NCBI GenBank assembly: GCA_002269645.1
Contig: NIVC01001994.1
Coordinates: 62,001 to 126,000 of the forward strand
DNA length: 64,000 nucleotides
Source of the DNA: Macrostomum lignano
Taxonomy: Eukaryota
Direction of reading: 5' to 3'
In this document: positions 37,150 through 53,176 of the stretch, one piece after another
Layout of the letters: every line of letters begins with the position of its first letter
How positions within the stretch are numbered: the stretch's first letter is position 1
Made by a program: the position numbers and the translations under genes
The notes under the pieces: generated by a model
The model's input: the letters and a program-made list of their open reading frames with translations, nothing else
What the model was told of the DNA's origin: nothing
Database searches by the model: none

Positions 37150-40100
37150 GGCTATGGTTATTGCCAATTGCAAAGCTTAGCCAACTAAAACTCTTACACA
37201 GCATTGGCCCCACTTCATATTGGGGCTTTTTGTAATAACCAAAACTTTACAACAAGAAACGTGACAAGCCTGCAGTGAGCTCGCATTTCAGTTCTGTGAC
37301 CACAGCACACCTGACGAGTGTCTGTTCTGGCGTGGCACGGACTTGACGCTATAAACACCAATGAAAGATAAACTTTTCTGATAAGAGTAGAAAAACCTTA
37401 ACAATATTTGGAGACTGTTGGAGCTACGTGTACTTACATGTATACATGTACATGTGGGTGCAACTCATTCTGTATTGTAACAGTGTGGCTATATCACAGT
37501 GCAAGCTATCAGTGTGGATAGCGATTCTCCATGAGATTGATGGTGCGATTCTTAATGAGATTGATGGGGCGATTCTCCATGAGATTGATGGTGCGATTCT
37601 TAATGAGATTGATTGGGGCGATTCTTAATGAGATTGATGGGGCGATTCTCAATGAGATTGATGGGGCGATTCTTAATGAGATTGATGGGGCGATTCTCAA
37701 TGAGATTGATGGGGCGATTCTCAATGAGATTGATGGTGCAATTCTCAATGAGATTGATGGGGCGATTCTCAATGAGATTGATGGGGCGATTCTCAATGAG
37801 ATTGATGGGGCGATTCTCAATGAGATTGATGGGGCGATTCTTAATGAGATTGATGGTGCAATTCTCAATGAGATTGATGGGGCGATTCTTAATGAGATTG
37901 ATGGGGCGATTCTTAATGAGATTGATGGGGCGATTCTCAATGAGATTGATGGTGCAATTCTCAATGAGATTGATGGGGCGATTCTCAATGAGATTGATGG
38001 TGCAATTCTCAATGAGATTGATGGGGCGATTCTCAATGAGATTGACGGTGCAATTCTCAATGAGATTGATGGGGCGATTCTCAATGAGATTGATGGGGCG
38101 ATTCTCAATGAGATTGATGGGGCGATTCTCAATGAGATTGATGGGGCGATTCTTAATGAGATTGATGGGGCGATTCTCAATGAGATTGATGGTGCAATTC
38201 TCAATGAGATTGATGGGGCGATTCTTAATGAGATTGATGGTGCGATTCTTAATGAGATTGATGGGGCGATTCTTAATGAGATTGATGGGGCGATTCTTAA
38301 TGAGATTGATGGGGCGATTCTCAATGAGATTGATGGTGCGATTCTTAATGAGATTGATGGGGCGATTCTTAATGAGATTGATGGGGCGATTCTCAATGAG
38401 ATTGATGGTGCAATTCTCAATGAGATTGATGGGGCGATTCTCAATGAGATTGATGGTGCAATTCTCAATGAGATTGATGGGGCGATTCTCAATGAGATTG
38501 ACGGTGCAATTCTCAATGAGATTGATGGGGCGATTCTCAATGAGATTGATGGGGCGATTCTTAATGAGATTGATGGTGCGATTCTCAATGAGATTGATGG
38601 GGCGATTCTTAATGAGATTGATGGGGCGATTCTTAATGAGATTGATGGTGCAATTCTCAATGAGATTGATGGTGCGATTCTTAATGAGATTGATGGGGCG
38701 ATTCTTAATGAGATTGATGGGGCGATTCTTAATGAGATTGATGGGGCGATTCTCAATGAGATTGATGGTGCAATTCTCAATGAGATTGATGGGGCGATTC
38801 TCAATGAGATTGATGGTGCAATTCTCAATGAGATTGATGGGGCGATTCTCAATGAGATTGACGGTGCAATTCTCAATGAGATTGATGGGGCGATTCTCAA
38901 TGAGATTAATGGGGCGATTCTCAATGAGATTGATGGGGCGATTCTCAATGAGATTGATGGGGCGATTCTTAATGAGATTGATGGGGCGATTCTCAATGAG
39001 ATTGATGGTGCAATTCTCAATGAGATTGATGGGGCGATTCTTAATGAGATTGATGGTGCAATTCTCAATGAGATTGATGGGGCGATTCTCAATGAGATTG
39101 ATGGTGCGATTCTTAATGAGATTGATGGGGCGATTCTCAATGAAATTGATGGGGCGATTCTCAATGAGATTGATGGTGCAATTCTCAATGAGATTGATGG
39201 GGCGATTCTCAATGAGATTGATGGGGCGATTCTCAATGAGATTGATGGGGCGATTCTCAATGAGATTGATGGGGCGATTCTCAATGAGATTGATGGGGCG
39301 ATTCTTAATGAGATTGATGGTGCAATTCTCAATGAGATTGATGGGGCGATTCTTAATGAGATTGATGGGGCGATTCTCAATGAGATTGATGGGGCGATTC
39401 TCAATGAGATTGATGGTGCGATTCTCAATGAGATTGATGGTGCGATTCTCAATGAGATTGATGGGGTGATTCTCAATAAGATTGATGGGGCGATTCTCGA
39501 TGAGATTGATGGGGCGATTTTCAATGAGATTGATGGGGCGATTCTCAATGAGATTGATGGTGTGATTCTCAATTAGATTGATGGGGCGATTCTCAATGAG
39601 ATTGATGGTGCGATTCTCAATGAGATTGATGGGGCGATTCTCAATGAGATTGATGGTGCAATTCTCAATGAGATTGATGGGGCGATTCTCAATGAGATTG
39701 ATGGTGCAATTCTCAATGAGATTGATGGGGCGATTCTCAATGAGATTGATGGGGCGATTCTCAATGAGATTGATGGTGCGATTCTTAATGAGATTGATGG
39801 GGCGATTCTTAATGAGATTGATGGGGCGATTCTCAATGAGATTGATGGTGCAATTCTCAATGAGATTGATGGGGCGATTCTTAATGAGATTGATGGTGCA
39901 ATTCTCAATGAGATTGATGGGGCGATTCTCAATGAGATTGATGGGGCGATTCTCAATGAGATTGATGGGGCGATTCTCAATGAGATTGATGGGGCGATTC
40001 TTAATGAGATTGATGGTGCAATTCTCAATGAGATTGATGGTGCGATTCTTAATGAGATTGATGGGGCGATTCTTAATGAGATTGATGGTGCGATTCTTAA

Positions 40101-42953
40101 TGAGATTGATGGGGCGATTCTCAATGAGATTGATGGGGCGATTCTCAATGAGATTGATGGTGCAATTCTCAATGAGATTGATGGGGCGATTCTCAATGAG
40201 ATTGATGGTGCAATTCTCAATGAGATTGATGGGGCGATTCTCAATGAGATTGATGGTGCGATTCTCAATGAGATTGATGGGGCGATTCTCAATGAGATTG
40301 ATGGGGCGATTCTCAATGAGATTGATGGGGCGATTCTCAATGAGATTGATGGGGCGATTCTTAATGAGATTGATGGGGCGATTCTCAATGAGATTGATGG
40401 TGCAATTCTCAATGAGATTGATGGGGCGATTCTTAATGAGATTGATGGTGCAATTCTCAATGAGATTGATGGGGCGATTCTCAATGAGATTGATGGTGCG
40501 ATTCTTAATGAGATTGATGGGGCGATTCTCAATGAGATTGATGGGGCGATTCTCAATGAGATTGATGGTGCAATTCTCAATGAGATTGATGGGGCGATTC
40601 TCAATGAGATTGATGGGGCGATTCTCAATGAGATTGATGGGGCGATTCTCAATGAGATTGATGGGGCGATTCTCAATGAGATTGATGGTGTGATTCTCAA
40701 TGAGATTGATGGGGCGATTCTCAATGAGATTGATGGTGCGAGTCTCAATGAGATTGATGGGGCGATTCTCAATGAGATTGATGGTGCAATTCTCAATGAG
40801 ATTGATGGGGCGATTCTCAATGAGATTGATGGGGCGATTCTCAATGAGATTGATGGTGCAATTCTCAATGAGATTGATGGGGCGATTCTCAATGAGATTG
40901 ATGGGGCGATTCTCAATGAGATTGATGGGCGATTCTTAATGAGATTGATGGGGCGATTCTCAATGAGATTGATGGTGCAATTCTCAATGAGATTGATGGG
41001 GCGATTCTCAATGAGATTGATGGGGCGATTCTCAATGAGATTGATGGGGCGATTCTTAATGAGATTGATGGTGCAATTCTCAATGAGATTGATGGGCGAT
41101 TCTCAATGAGATTGATGGTGCGATTCTCAATGAGATTGATGGTGCAATTCTCAATGAGATTGATGGGGCGATTCTCAATGAGATTGATGGGCGATTCTCA
41201 ATGAGATTGATGGGGCGATTCTCAATGAGATTGATGGTGCAATTCTCAATGAGATTGATGGGCGATTCTCAATGAGATTGATGGTGCGATTCTCAATGAG
41301 ATTGATGGTGCAATTCTCAATGAGATTGATGGGGCGATTCTCAATGAGATTGATGGTGCAATTCTCAATGAGATTGATGGGGCGATTCTCAATGAGATTG
41401 ATGGTGCAATTCTCAATGAGATTGATGGGGCGATTCTTAATGAGATTGATGGGGCGATTCTCAATGAGATTGATGGTGCAATTCTCAATGAGATTGATGG
41501 GGCGATTCTCAATGAGATTGATGGTGCAATTCTCAATGAGATTGATGGGGCGATTCTCAATGAGATTGATGGTGCGATTCTCAATGAGATTGATGGGGCG
41601 ATTCTTAATGAGATTGATGGGGCGATTCTTAATGAGATTGATGGTGCGATTCTCAATGAGATTGATGGGGCGATTCTCAATGAGATTGATGGGGCGATTC
41701 TCAATGAGATTGATGGTGCAATTCTCAATGAGATTGATGGGGCGATTCTCAATGAGATTGATGGGCGATTCTCGATGAGATTGATGGGGATTCTCGATGA
41801 GATTGATGGGGGGCGATTCTCGATGAGATTGATGGGGGGCGATTCTCGATGAGATTGATGGGGGGCGATTCTCGATGAGATTGATGGGGGGCGATTCTCG
41901 ATGAGATTGATGGGAGGGCGATTCTCGATGAGATTGATGGGGCGATTCTCGATGAGATTGATGGGGCGATTCTCGAATGAGATTGATGGGGCGATTCTCA
42001 ATGAGATTGATGGGGCGATTCTCAATGAGATTGATGGGCGATTCTCAATGAGATTGATGGGGCGATTCTCAATGAGATTGATGGTGCAATTCTCAATGAG
42101 ATTGATGGGGCGATTCTCAATGAGATTGATGGGGCGATTCTCAATGAGATTGATGGGGCGATTCTCAATGAGATTGATGGGGCGATTCTTAATGAGATTG
42201 ATGGGGCGATTCTCAATGAGATTGATGGGGCGATTCTTAATGAGATTGATGGGCGATTCTCAATGAGATTGATGGGCGATTCTCAATGAGATTGATGGGG
42301 CGATTCTCAATGAGATTGATGGGCGATTCTCAATGAGATTGATGGGGCGATTCTCAATGAGATTGATGGGGCGATTCTCAATGAGATTGATGGGGCGATT
42401 CTCAATGAGATTGATGGGGCGATTCTCAATGAGATTGATGGGGCGATTCTCAATGAGATTGATGGGGCGATTCTCAATGAGATTGATGGGGCGATTCTCA
42501 ATGAGATTGATGGGGCGATTCTCAATGAGATTGATGGGGCGATTCTCAATGAGATTGATGGTGCGATTCTCAATGAGATTGATGGGGCGATTCTCAATGA
42601 GATTGATGGGGCGATTCTCAATGAGATTGATGGTGCGATTCTCAATTAGATTGATGGGACGATTCTCAATGAGATTGATGGTGCGATTCTCGATGAGATT
42701 GATGGTGCGATTGTTAATGAGATTGATGGTGCGATTCTCAATGAGATTGATGGGGCGATTCTCAATGAGATTGATGGTGCAATTCTCAATGAGATTGATG
42801 GGGCGATTCTCAATGAGATTGATGGGGCGATTCTCAATGAGATTGATGGGGCGATTCTCAATGAGATTGATGGTGCAATTCTCAATGAGATTGATGGGGC
42901 GATTCTCAATGAGACTGACCGAGTGATTATCAATACCTTTATGGAATAATCTT

Positions 42954-43003
<50 letters not shown>

Positions 43004-43017
43004 GGTCTGTCTGTCTG

Positions 43018-43049
<32 letters not shown>

Positions 43050-43062
43050 CATGTCTGTCTGC

Positions 43063-43094
<32 letters not shown>

Positions 43095-43289
43095 GTTAGT
43101 GTCTGTCTGTCTGTTTGTCTGTCCATGTCTGTCTGCCTGTCTGTCTGTCTGTCTGTCTGTCCCCGTCTGTCGGTCCCTGTCTGTCTGTCCCCGTCTATCG
43201 GTCCCTGTCTGTCTTAGTGTCTTAGTGTCTATCTGTCTGCCGTCAGTCAGTCCCAGCCGCATCAACCCCCCCCCCCACCCGCCACCCAG

Positions 43290-43507
43290 ACGAGGGCCTG
43301 ACCTTCCTGGACCATTTCCGGCTGCTCATCACGCAGATCGGCAACGCCATGGGCTACGTCCGCATGATCCGCAGTGGCGGACTCAACTGCTGCAGCAGCG
43401 CTATCAGATTTGTGCCGGACCTCGAGGATATCCCGGCGTTCGAGGAACTGGCGAGCAAGGCTGGATTGAGCCAGGGCACTGTGACTGCCGCCCAGCAACT
43501 GGACCAA
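43290..43507 (+). pseudogene. WASHC4: Inverted WASHC4 exon copy 1
   Basis: 218 bp, cacccag acceptor, gtaagt donor; matches the reverse complement of 62107-62324 except two synonymous sites. Confidence 0.93.
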
Positions 43508-46500
43508 GTAAGTAGAAACATCTCTTTTTTAAGAAGTCAAAAGAGATCCTCTGGCAATATCAAGAACTTTTTAGAATCATTCCGTCAAAAACTATAGTCA
43601 CCGCTATGAACTCTCTAGAGAATCGGCCTTCAAAACCCTCTTAGAATCGGCCCTGAAAATCATATAAAGATTCTCAATGAGATTGATGGGGCGATTCTCA
43701 ATGAGATTGATGGGGCGATTCTCAATAAGATTGATGGGGCGATTCTCAATGAGATTGATGGGGCGATTCTCAATGAGATTGATGGTGTGATTCTCAATTA
43801 GATTGATGGGACGATTCTCAATGAGATTGATGGTGCGATTCTCAATGAGATTGATGGTGCGATTCTCAATGAGATTGATGGGGCGATTCTCAATGAGATT
43901 GATGGTGCAATTCTCAATGAGATTGATGGGGCGATTCTCAATGAGATTGATGGGGCGATTCTCAATGAGATTGATGGTGCAATTCTCAATGAGATTGATG
44001 GGGCGATTCTCAATGAGATTGATGGGGCGATTCTCAATGAGATTGATGGGGCGATTCTTAATGAGATTGATGGGGCGATTCTCAATGAGATTGATGGTGC
44101 AATTCTCAATGAGATTGATGGGGCGATTCTTAATGAGATTGATGGGGCGATTCTCAATGAGATTGATGGGGCGATTCTTAATGAGATTGATGGTGCAATT
44201 CTCAATGAGATTGATGGGGCGATTCTCAATGAGATTGATGGGGCGATTCTCAATGAGATTGATGGTGCAATTCTCAATGAGATTGATGGTGCGAGTCTCA
44301 ATGAGATTGATGGGGCGATTCTCAATGAGATTGATGGTGCAATTCTCAATGAGATTGATGGGGCGATTCTCAATGAGATTGATGGGGCGATTCTCAATGA
44401 GATTGATGGGGCGATTCTTAATGAGATTGATGGGGCGATTCTCAATGAGATTGATGGTGCAATTCTCAATGAGATTGATGGGGCGATTCTTAATGAGATT
44501 GATGGGGCGATTCTAAATGAGATTGATGGTGCAATTCTCAATGAGATTGATGGGGCGATTCTCAATGAGATTGATGGGGCGATTCTCAATGAGATTGATG
44601 GGGCGATTCTCAATGAGATTGATGGTGCAATTCTCAATGAGATTGATGGGGCGATTCTTAATGAGATTGATGGTGCGATTCTCAATGAGATTGATGGTGC
44701 AATTCTCAATGAGATTGATGGGGCGATTCTCAATGAGATTGATGGGGCGATTCTCAATGAGATTGATGGGGCGATTCTCAATGAGATTGATGGTGCAATT
44801 CTCAATGAGATTGATGGGGCGATTCTCAATGAGATTGATGGTGCGATTCTCAATGAGATTGATGGTGCAATTCTCAATGAGATTGATGGGGCGATTCTCA
44901 ATGAGATTGATGGTGCAATTCTCAATGAGATTGATGGGGCGATTCTCAATGAGATTGATGGTGCAATTCTCAATGAGATTGATGGGGCGATTCTTAATGA
45001 GATTGATGGGGCGATTCTCAATGAGATTGATGGTGCAATTCTCAATGAGATTGATGGGGCGATTCTCAATGAGATTGATGGTGCAATTCTCAATGAGATT
45101 GATGGGGCGATTCTCAATGAGATTGATGGTGCAATTCTCAATGAGATTGATGGGGCGATTCTTAATGAGATTGATGGGGCGATTCTCAATGAGATTGATG
45201 GTGCGATTCTTAATGAGATTGATGGGGCGATTCTTAATGAGATTGATGGGGCGATTCTCAATGAGATTGATGGTGCAATTCTCAATGAGATTGATGGGGC
45301 GATTCTCAATGAGATTGATGGTGCAATTCTCAATGAGATTGATGGTGTGATTCTCAATGAGATTGATGGGGGGCGATTCTCGATGAGATTGATGGGGGGC
45401 GATTCTCGATGAGATTGATGGGGGCGATTCTCGATGAGATTGATGGGGAGGGCGATTCTCGATGAGATTGATGGGGAGGGCGATTCTCGATGAGACTGAT
45501 GGGGGGCGATTCTCGATGAGATTGATGGGGAGGGCGATTCTCGATGAGATTGATAGGGTGCGATTCTAAATGAGATTGATGGGGCGATTCTTAATGAGAT
45601 TGATGGGGCGATTCTCAATGAGATTGATGGGGCGATTCTCAATGAGATTGATGGTGCAATTCTCAATGAGATTGATGGGGCGATTCTCAATGAGATTGAT
45701 GGTGCAATTCTCAATGAGATTGATGGGGCGATTCTCAATGAGATTGATGGGGCGATTCTCAATGAGATTGATGGGGCGATTCTCAATGAGATTGATGGGG
45801 CGATTCTTAATGAGATTGATGGGGCGATTCTTAATGAGATTGATGGGGCGATTCTTAATGAGATTGATGGTGCGATTCTCAATGAGATTGATGGTGCGAT
45901 TCTCAATGAGATTGATGGGGCGATTCTCAATGAGATTGATGGGGCGATTCTCAATGAGATTGATGGTGTAATTCTCAATTAGATTGATGGGGCGATTCTC
46001 AATGAGATTGATGGGGCGATTCTCAATAAGATTGATGGGGCGATTCTTAATGAGATTGATGGGGCGATTCTCAATGAGATTGATGGGGCGATTCTCAATG
46101 AGATTGATGGGGCGATTCTCAATGAGATTGATGGTGCGATTCTCAATGAGATTGATGGGGCGATTCTCAATGAGATTGATGGGGCGATTCTCAATGAGAT
46201 TGATGGTGCGATTCTTAATGAGATTGATGGGGCGATTCTCAATGAGATTGATGGGGCGATTCTCAATGAGATTGATGGTGTGATTCTCAATTAGATTGAT
46301 GGGACGATTCTCAATGAGATTGATGGTGCGATTCTCGATGAGATTGATGGTGCGATTGTTAATGAGATTGATGGTGCGATTCTCAATGAGATTGATGGGG
46401 CGATTCTCAATGAGATTGATGGTGCAATTCTCAATGAGATTGATGGGGCGATTCTCAATGAGATTGATGGGGCGATTCTCAATGAGATTGATGGGCGATT

Positions 46501-46621
46501 CTCAATGAGATTGATGGTGCGATTCTCAATGAGATTGATGGGCGATTCTCAATGAGACTGACCAATGAGTTGATTATCAATACCTTTAATGAGACTGACC
46601 GAGTGATTATCAATACCTTTA

Positions 46622-46674
<53 letters not shown>

Positions 46675-46688
46675 GGTCTGTCTGTCTG

Positions 46689-46720
<32 letters not shown>

Positions 46721-46733
46721 CATGTCTGTCTGC

Positions 46734-46778
<45 letters not shown>

Positions 46779-46902
46779 CCCGTCTGTCGGTCCCTGTCTG
46801 TCTGTCCCCGTCTATCGGTCCCTGTCTGTCTTAGTGTCTTAGTGTCTATCTGTCTGCCGTCAGTCAGTCCCAGCCGCATCAACCCCCCCACCCGCCACCC
46901 AG

Positions 46903-47120
46903 ACGAGGGCCTGACCTTCCTGGACCATTTCCGGCTGCTCATCACGCAGATCGGCAACGCCATGGGCTACGTCCGCATGATCCGCAGCGGCGGACTCAAC
47001 TGCTGCAGCAGCGCTATCAGATTTGTGCCGGACCTCGAGGATATCCCGGCGTTCGAGGAACTGGCGAGCAAGGCTGGATTGAGCCAGGGCACTGTGACTG
47101 CCGCCCAGCAACTGGACCAA
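46903..47120 (+). pseudogene. WASHC4: Inverted WASHC4 exon copy 2
   Basis: As copy 1; cgcagcggc variant. Confidence 0.93.
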
Positions 47121-49419
47121 GTAAGTAGAAACATCTCTTTTTTAAGAAGTCAAAAGAGATCCTCTGGCAATATCAAGAACTTTTTAGAATCATTCCGTCA
47201 AAAACTATAGTCACCGCTATGAACTCTCTAGAGAATCGGCCTTCAAAACCCTCTTAGAATCGGCCCTGAAAATCATATAAAGATTCTCAATGAGATTGAT
47301 GGGGCGATTCTCAATGAGATTGATGGGGCGATTCTCAATAAGATTGATGGGGCGATTCTCAATGAGATTGATGGGGCGATTCTCAATGAGATTGATGGTG
47401 TGATTCTCAATTAGATTGATGGGACGATTCTCAATGAGATTGATGGTGCGATTCTCAATGAGATTGATGGTGCGATTCTCAATGAGATTGATGGGGCGAT
47501 TCTCAATGAGATTGATGGTGCAATTCTCAATGAGATTGATGGGGCGATTCTCAATGAGATTGATGGGGCGATTCTCAATGAGATTGATGGTGCAATTCTC
47601 AATGAGATTGATGGGGCGATTCTCAATGAGATTGATGGGGCGATTCTCAATGAGATTGATGGGGCGATTCTTAATGAGATTGATGGGGCGATTCTCAATG
47701 AGATTGATGGTGCAATTCTCAATGAGATTGATGGGGCGATTCTTAATGAGATTGATGGGGCGATTCTCAATGAGATTGATGGGGCGATTCTTAATGAGAT
47801 TGATGGTGCAATTCTCAATGAGATTGATGGGGCGATTCTCAATGAGATTGATGGTGCGATTCTCAATGAGATTGATGGTGCAATTCTCAATGAGATTGAT
47901 GGGGCGATTCTCAATGAGATTGATGGGGCGATTCTCAATGAGATTGATGGGGCGATTCTCAATGAGATTGATGGTGCAATTCTCAATGAGATTGATGGGG
48001 CGATTCTCAATGAGATTGATGGTGCGATTCTCAATGAGATTGATGGTGCAATTCTCAATGAGATTGATGGGGCGATTCTCAATGAGATTGATGGTGCAAT
48101 TCTCAATGAGATTGATGGGGCGATTCTCAATGAGATTGATGGTGCAATTCTCAATGAGATTGATGGGGCGATTCTTAATGAGATTGATGGGGCGATTCTC
48201 AATGAGATTGATGGTGCAATTCTCAATGAGATTGATGGGGCGATTCTCAATGAGATTGATGGTGCAATTCTCAATGAGATTGATGGGCGATTCTCAATGA
48301 GATTGATGGGGCGATTCTCAATGAGATTGATGGTGCGATTCTTAATGAGATTGATGGGGCGATTCTTAATGAGATTGATGGGGCGATTCTCAATGAGATT
48401 GATGGTGCAATTCTCAATGAGATTGATGGGGCGATTCTCAATGAGATTGATGGTGCAATTCTCAATGAGATTGATGGTGTGATTCTCAATGAGATTGATG
48501 GGGGGCGATTCTCGATGAGATTGATGGGGGGCGATTCTCGATGAGATTGATGGGGGGCGATTCTCGATGAGATTGATGGGGAGGGCGATTCTCGATGAGA
48601 TTGATGGGGAGGGCGATTCTCGATGAGATTGATGGGGGGCGATTCTGGATGAGATTGATGGGGAATGCGATTCTCGATGAGATTGATAGGGTGCGATTCT
48701 AAATGAGATTGATGGGGCGATTCTTAATGAGATTGATGGGGCGATTCTCAATGAGATTGATGGGGCGATTCTCAATGAGATTGATGGTGCAATTCTCAAT
48801 GAGATTGATGGGGCGATTCTCAATGAGATTAATGGTGCAATTCTCAATGAGATTGATGGGGCGATTCTCAATGAGATTGATGGGGCGATTCTCAATGAGA
48901 TTGATGGGGCGATTCTCAATGAGATTGATGGGGCGATTCTTAATGAGATTGATGGGGCGATTCTTAATGAGATTGATGGGGCGATTCTTAATGAGATTGA
49001 TGGTGCGATTCTCAATGAGATTGATGGTGCGATTCTCAATGAGATTGATGGGGCGATTCTCAATGAGATTGATGGGGCGATTCTCAATGAGATTGATGGT
49101 GTAATTCTCAATTAGATTGATGGGGCGATTCTCAATGAGATTGATGGGGCGATTCTCAATAAGATTGATGGGGCGATTCTTAATGAGATTGATGGGGCGA
49201 TTCTCAATGAGATTGATGGGGCGATTCTCAATGAGATTGATGGTGCAATTCTCAATGAGATTGATGGGGCGATTCTCAATGAGATTGATGGGGCGATTCT
49301 CAATGAGATTGATGGGGCGATTCTCAATGAGATTGATGGTGCAATTCTCAATGAGATTGATGGGGCGATTCTCAATGAGACTGACCGAGTGATTATCAAT
49401 ACCTTTATGGAATAATCTT

Positions 49420-49465
<46 letters not shown>

Positions 49466-49479
49466 GGTCTGTCTGTCTG

Positions 49480-49511
<32 letters not shown>

Positions 49512-49524
49512 CATGTCTGTCTGC

Positions 49525-49556
<32 letters not shown>

Positions 49557-49749
49557 GTTAGTGTCTGTCTGTCTGTTTGTCTGTCCATGTCTGTCTGCCT
49601 GTCTGTCTGTCTGTCTGTCTGTCCCCGTCTGTCGGTCCCTGTCTGTCTGTCCCCGTCTATCGGTCCCTGTCTGTCTTAGTGTCTTAGTGTCTATCTGTCT
49701 GCCGTCAGTCAGTCCCAGCCGCATCAACCCCCCCCCACCCCGCACCCAG

Positions 49750-49967
49750 ACGAGGGCCTGACCTTCCTGGACCATTTCCGGCTGCTCATCACGCAGATCG
49801 GCAACGCCATGGGCTACGTCCGCATGATCCGCAGCGGCGGACTCAACTGCTGCAGCAGCGCTATCAGATTTGTGCCGGACCTCGAGGATATCCCGGCGTT
49901 CGAGGAACTGGCGAGCAAGGCTGGATTGAGCCAGGGCACTGTGACTGCCGCCCAGCAACTGGACCAA
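49750..49967 (+). pseudogene. WASHC4: Inverted WASHC4 exon copy 3
   Basis: As copy 2. Confidence 0.93.
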
Positions 49968-52625
49968 GTAAGTAGAAACATCTCTTTTTTAAGAAGTCAA
50001 AAGAGATCCTCTGGCAATATCAAGAACTTTTTAGAATCATTCCGTCAAAAACTATAGTCACCGCTATGAACTCTCTAGAGAATCGGCCTTCAAAACCCTC
50101 TTAGAATCGGCCCTGAAAATCATATAAAGATTCTCAATGAGATTGATGGGGCGATTCTCAATGAGATTGATGGGGCGATTCTCAATAAGATTGATGGTGT
50201 GATTCTCAATGAGATTGATGGGCGATTCTCAATGAGATTGATGGTGTGATTCTCAATTAGATTGATGGGACGATTCTCAATGAGATTGATGGTGCGATTC
50301 TCAATGAGATTGATGGTGCGATTCTCAATGAGATTGATGGGGCGATTCTCAATGAGATTGATGGTGCAATTCTCAATGAGATTGATGGGGCGATTCTCAA
50401 TGAGATTGATGGGGCGATTCTCAATGAGATTGATGGTGCAATTCTCAATGAGATTGATGGGGCGATTCTCAATGAGATTGATGGGGCGATTCTCAATGAG
50501 ATTGATGGGGCGATTCTTAATGAGATTGATGGGGCGATTCTCAATGAGATTGATGGTGCAATTCTCAATGAGATTGATGGGGCGATTCTTAATGAGATTG
50601 ATGGGGCGATTCTCAATGAGATTGATGGGGCGATTCTTAATGAGATTGATGGTGCAATTCTCAATGAGATTGATGGGGCGATTCTCAATGAGATTGATGG
50701 TGCGATTCTCAATGAGATTGATGGTGCAATTCTCAATGAGATTGATGGGGCGATTCTCAATGAGATTGATGGGGCGATTCTCAATGAGATTGATGGGGCG
50801 ATTCTCAATGAGATTGATGGTGCAATTCTCAATGAGATTGATGGGGCGATTCTCAATGAGATTGATGGTGCGATTCTCAATGAGATTGATGGTGCAATTC
50901 TCAATGAGATTGATGGGGCGATTCTCAATGAGATTGATGGTGCAATTCTCAATGAGATTGATGGGGCGATTCTCAATGAGATTGATGGTGCAATTCTCAA
51001 TGAGATTGATGGGGCGATTCTTAATGAGATTGATGGGGCGATTCTCAATGAGATTGATGGTGCAATTCTCAATGAGATTGATGGGGCGATTCTCAATGAG
51101 ATTGATGGTGCAATTCTCAATGAGATTGATGGGGCGATTCTCAATGAGATTGATGGTGCAATTCTCAATGAGATTGATGGGGCGATTCTTAATGAGATTG
51201 ATGGGGCGATTCTCAATGAGATTGATGGTGCGATTCTTAATGAGATTGATGGGGCGATTCTTAATGAGATTGATGGGGCGATTCTCAATGAGATTGATGG
51301 TGCAATTCTCAATGAGATTGATGGGGCGATTCTCAATGAGATTGATGGTGCAATTCTCAATGAGATTGATGGTGTGATTCTCAATGAGATTGATGGGGGG
51401 CGATTCTCGATGAGATTGATGGGGGGCGATTCTCGATGAGATTGATGGGGGGCGATTCTCGATGAGATTGATGGGGAGGGCGATTCTCGATGAGATTGAT
51501 GGGGAGGGCGATTCTCGATGAGATTGATGGGGGGCGATTCTGGATGAGATTGATGGGGAGGGCGATTCTCGATGAGATTGATAGGGTGCGATTCTAAATG
51601 AGATTGATGGGGCGATTCTTAATGAGATTGATGGGGCGATTCTCAATGAGATTGATGGGGCGATTCTCAATGAGATTGATGGTGCAATTCTCAATGAGAT
51701 TGATGGGGCGATTCTCAATGAGATTAATGGTGCAATTCTCAATGAGATTGATGGGGCGATTCTCAATGAGATTGATGGGGCGATTCTCAATGAGATTGAT
51801 GGGGCGATTCTCAATGAGATTGATGGGGCGATTCTTAATGAGATTGATGGGGCGATTCTTAATGAGATTGATGGGCGATTCTTAATGAGATTGATGGTGC
51901 GATTCTCAATGAGATTGATGGTGCGATTCTCAATGAGATTGATGGGGCGATTCTCAATGAGATTGATGGGGCGATTCTCAATGAGATTGATGGTGTAATT
52001 CTCAATTAGATTGATGGGGCGATTCTCAATGAGATTGATGGGGCGATTCTCAATAAGATTGATGGGGCGATTCTTAATGAGATTGATGGGGCGATTCTCA
52101 ATGAGATTGATGGGGCGATTCTCAATGAGATTGATGGGGCGATTCTCAATGAGATTGATGGTGCGATTCTCAATGAGATTGATGGGGAAATTCTCAATGA
52201 GATTGATGGGGCGATTCTCAATGAGATTGATGGTGCGATTCTTAATGAGATTGATGGGGCGATTCTCAATGAGATTGATGGGGCGATTCTCAATGAGATT
52301 GATGGTGTGATTCTCAATTAGATTGATGGGACGATTCTCAATGAGATTGATGGTGCGATTCTCGATGAGATTGATGGTGCGATTGTTAATGAGATTGATG
52401 GTGCGATTCTCAATGAGATTGATGGGGCGATTCTCAATGAGATTGATGGTGCAATTCTCAATGAGATTGATGGGGCGATTCTCAATGAGATTGATGGGGC
52501 GATTCTCAATGAGATTGATGGGGCGATTCTCAATGAGATTGATGGTGCAATTCTCAATGAGATTGATGGGGCGATTCTCAATGAGACTGACCGAGTGATT
52601 ATCAATACCTTTATGGAATAATCTT

Positions 52626-52675
<50 letters not shown>

Positions 52676-52689
52676 GGTCTGTCTGTCTG

Positions 52690-52721
<32 letters not shown>

Positions 52722-52734
52722 CATGTCTGTCTGC

Positions 52735-52766
<32 letters not shown>

Positions 52767-52958
52767 GTTAGTGTCTGTCTGTCTGTTTGTCTGTCCATGT
52801 CTGTCTGCCTGTCTGTCTGTCTGTCTGTCTGTCCCCGTCTGTCGGTCCCTGTCTGTCTGTCCCCGTCTATCGGTCCCTGTCTGTCTTAGTGTCTTAGTGT
52901 CTATCTGTCTGCCGTCAGTCAGTCCCAGCCGCATCAACCCCCCCCACCCCGCACCCAG

Positions 52959-53176
52959 ACGAGGGCCTGACCTTCCTGGACCATTTCCGGCTGCTCATCA
53001 CGCAGATCGGCAACGCCATGGGCTACGTCCGCATGATCCGCAGTGGCGGACTCAACTGCTGCAGCAGCGCTATCAGATTTGTGCCGGACCTCGAGGATAT
53101 CCCGGCGTTCGAGGAACTGGCGAGCAAGGCTGGATTGAGCCAGGGCACTGTGACTGCCGCCCAGCAACTGGACCAA
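52959..53176 (+). pseudogene. WASHC4: Inverted WASHC4 exon copy 4
   Basis: As copy 1. Confidence 0.93.
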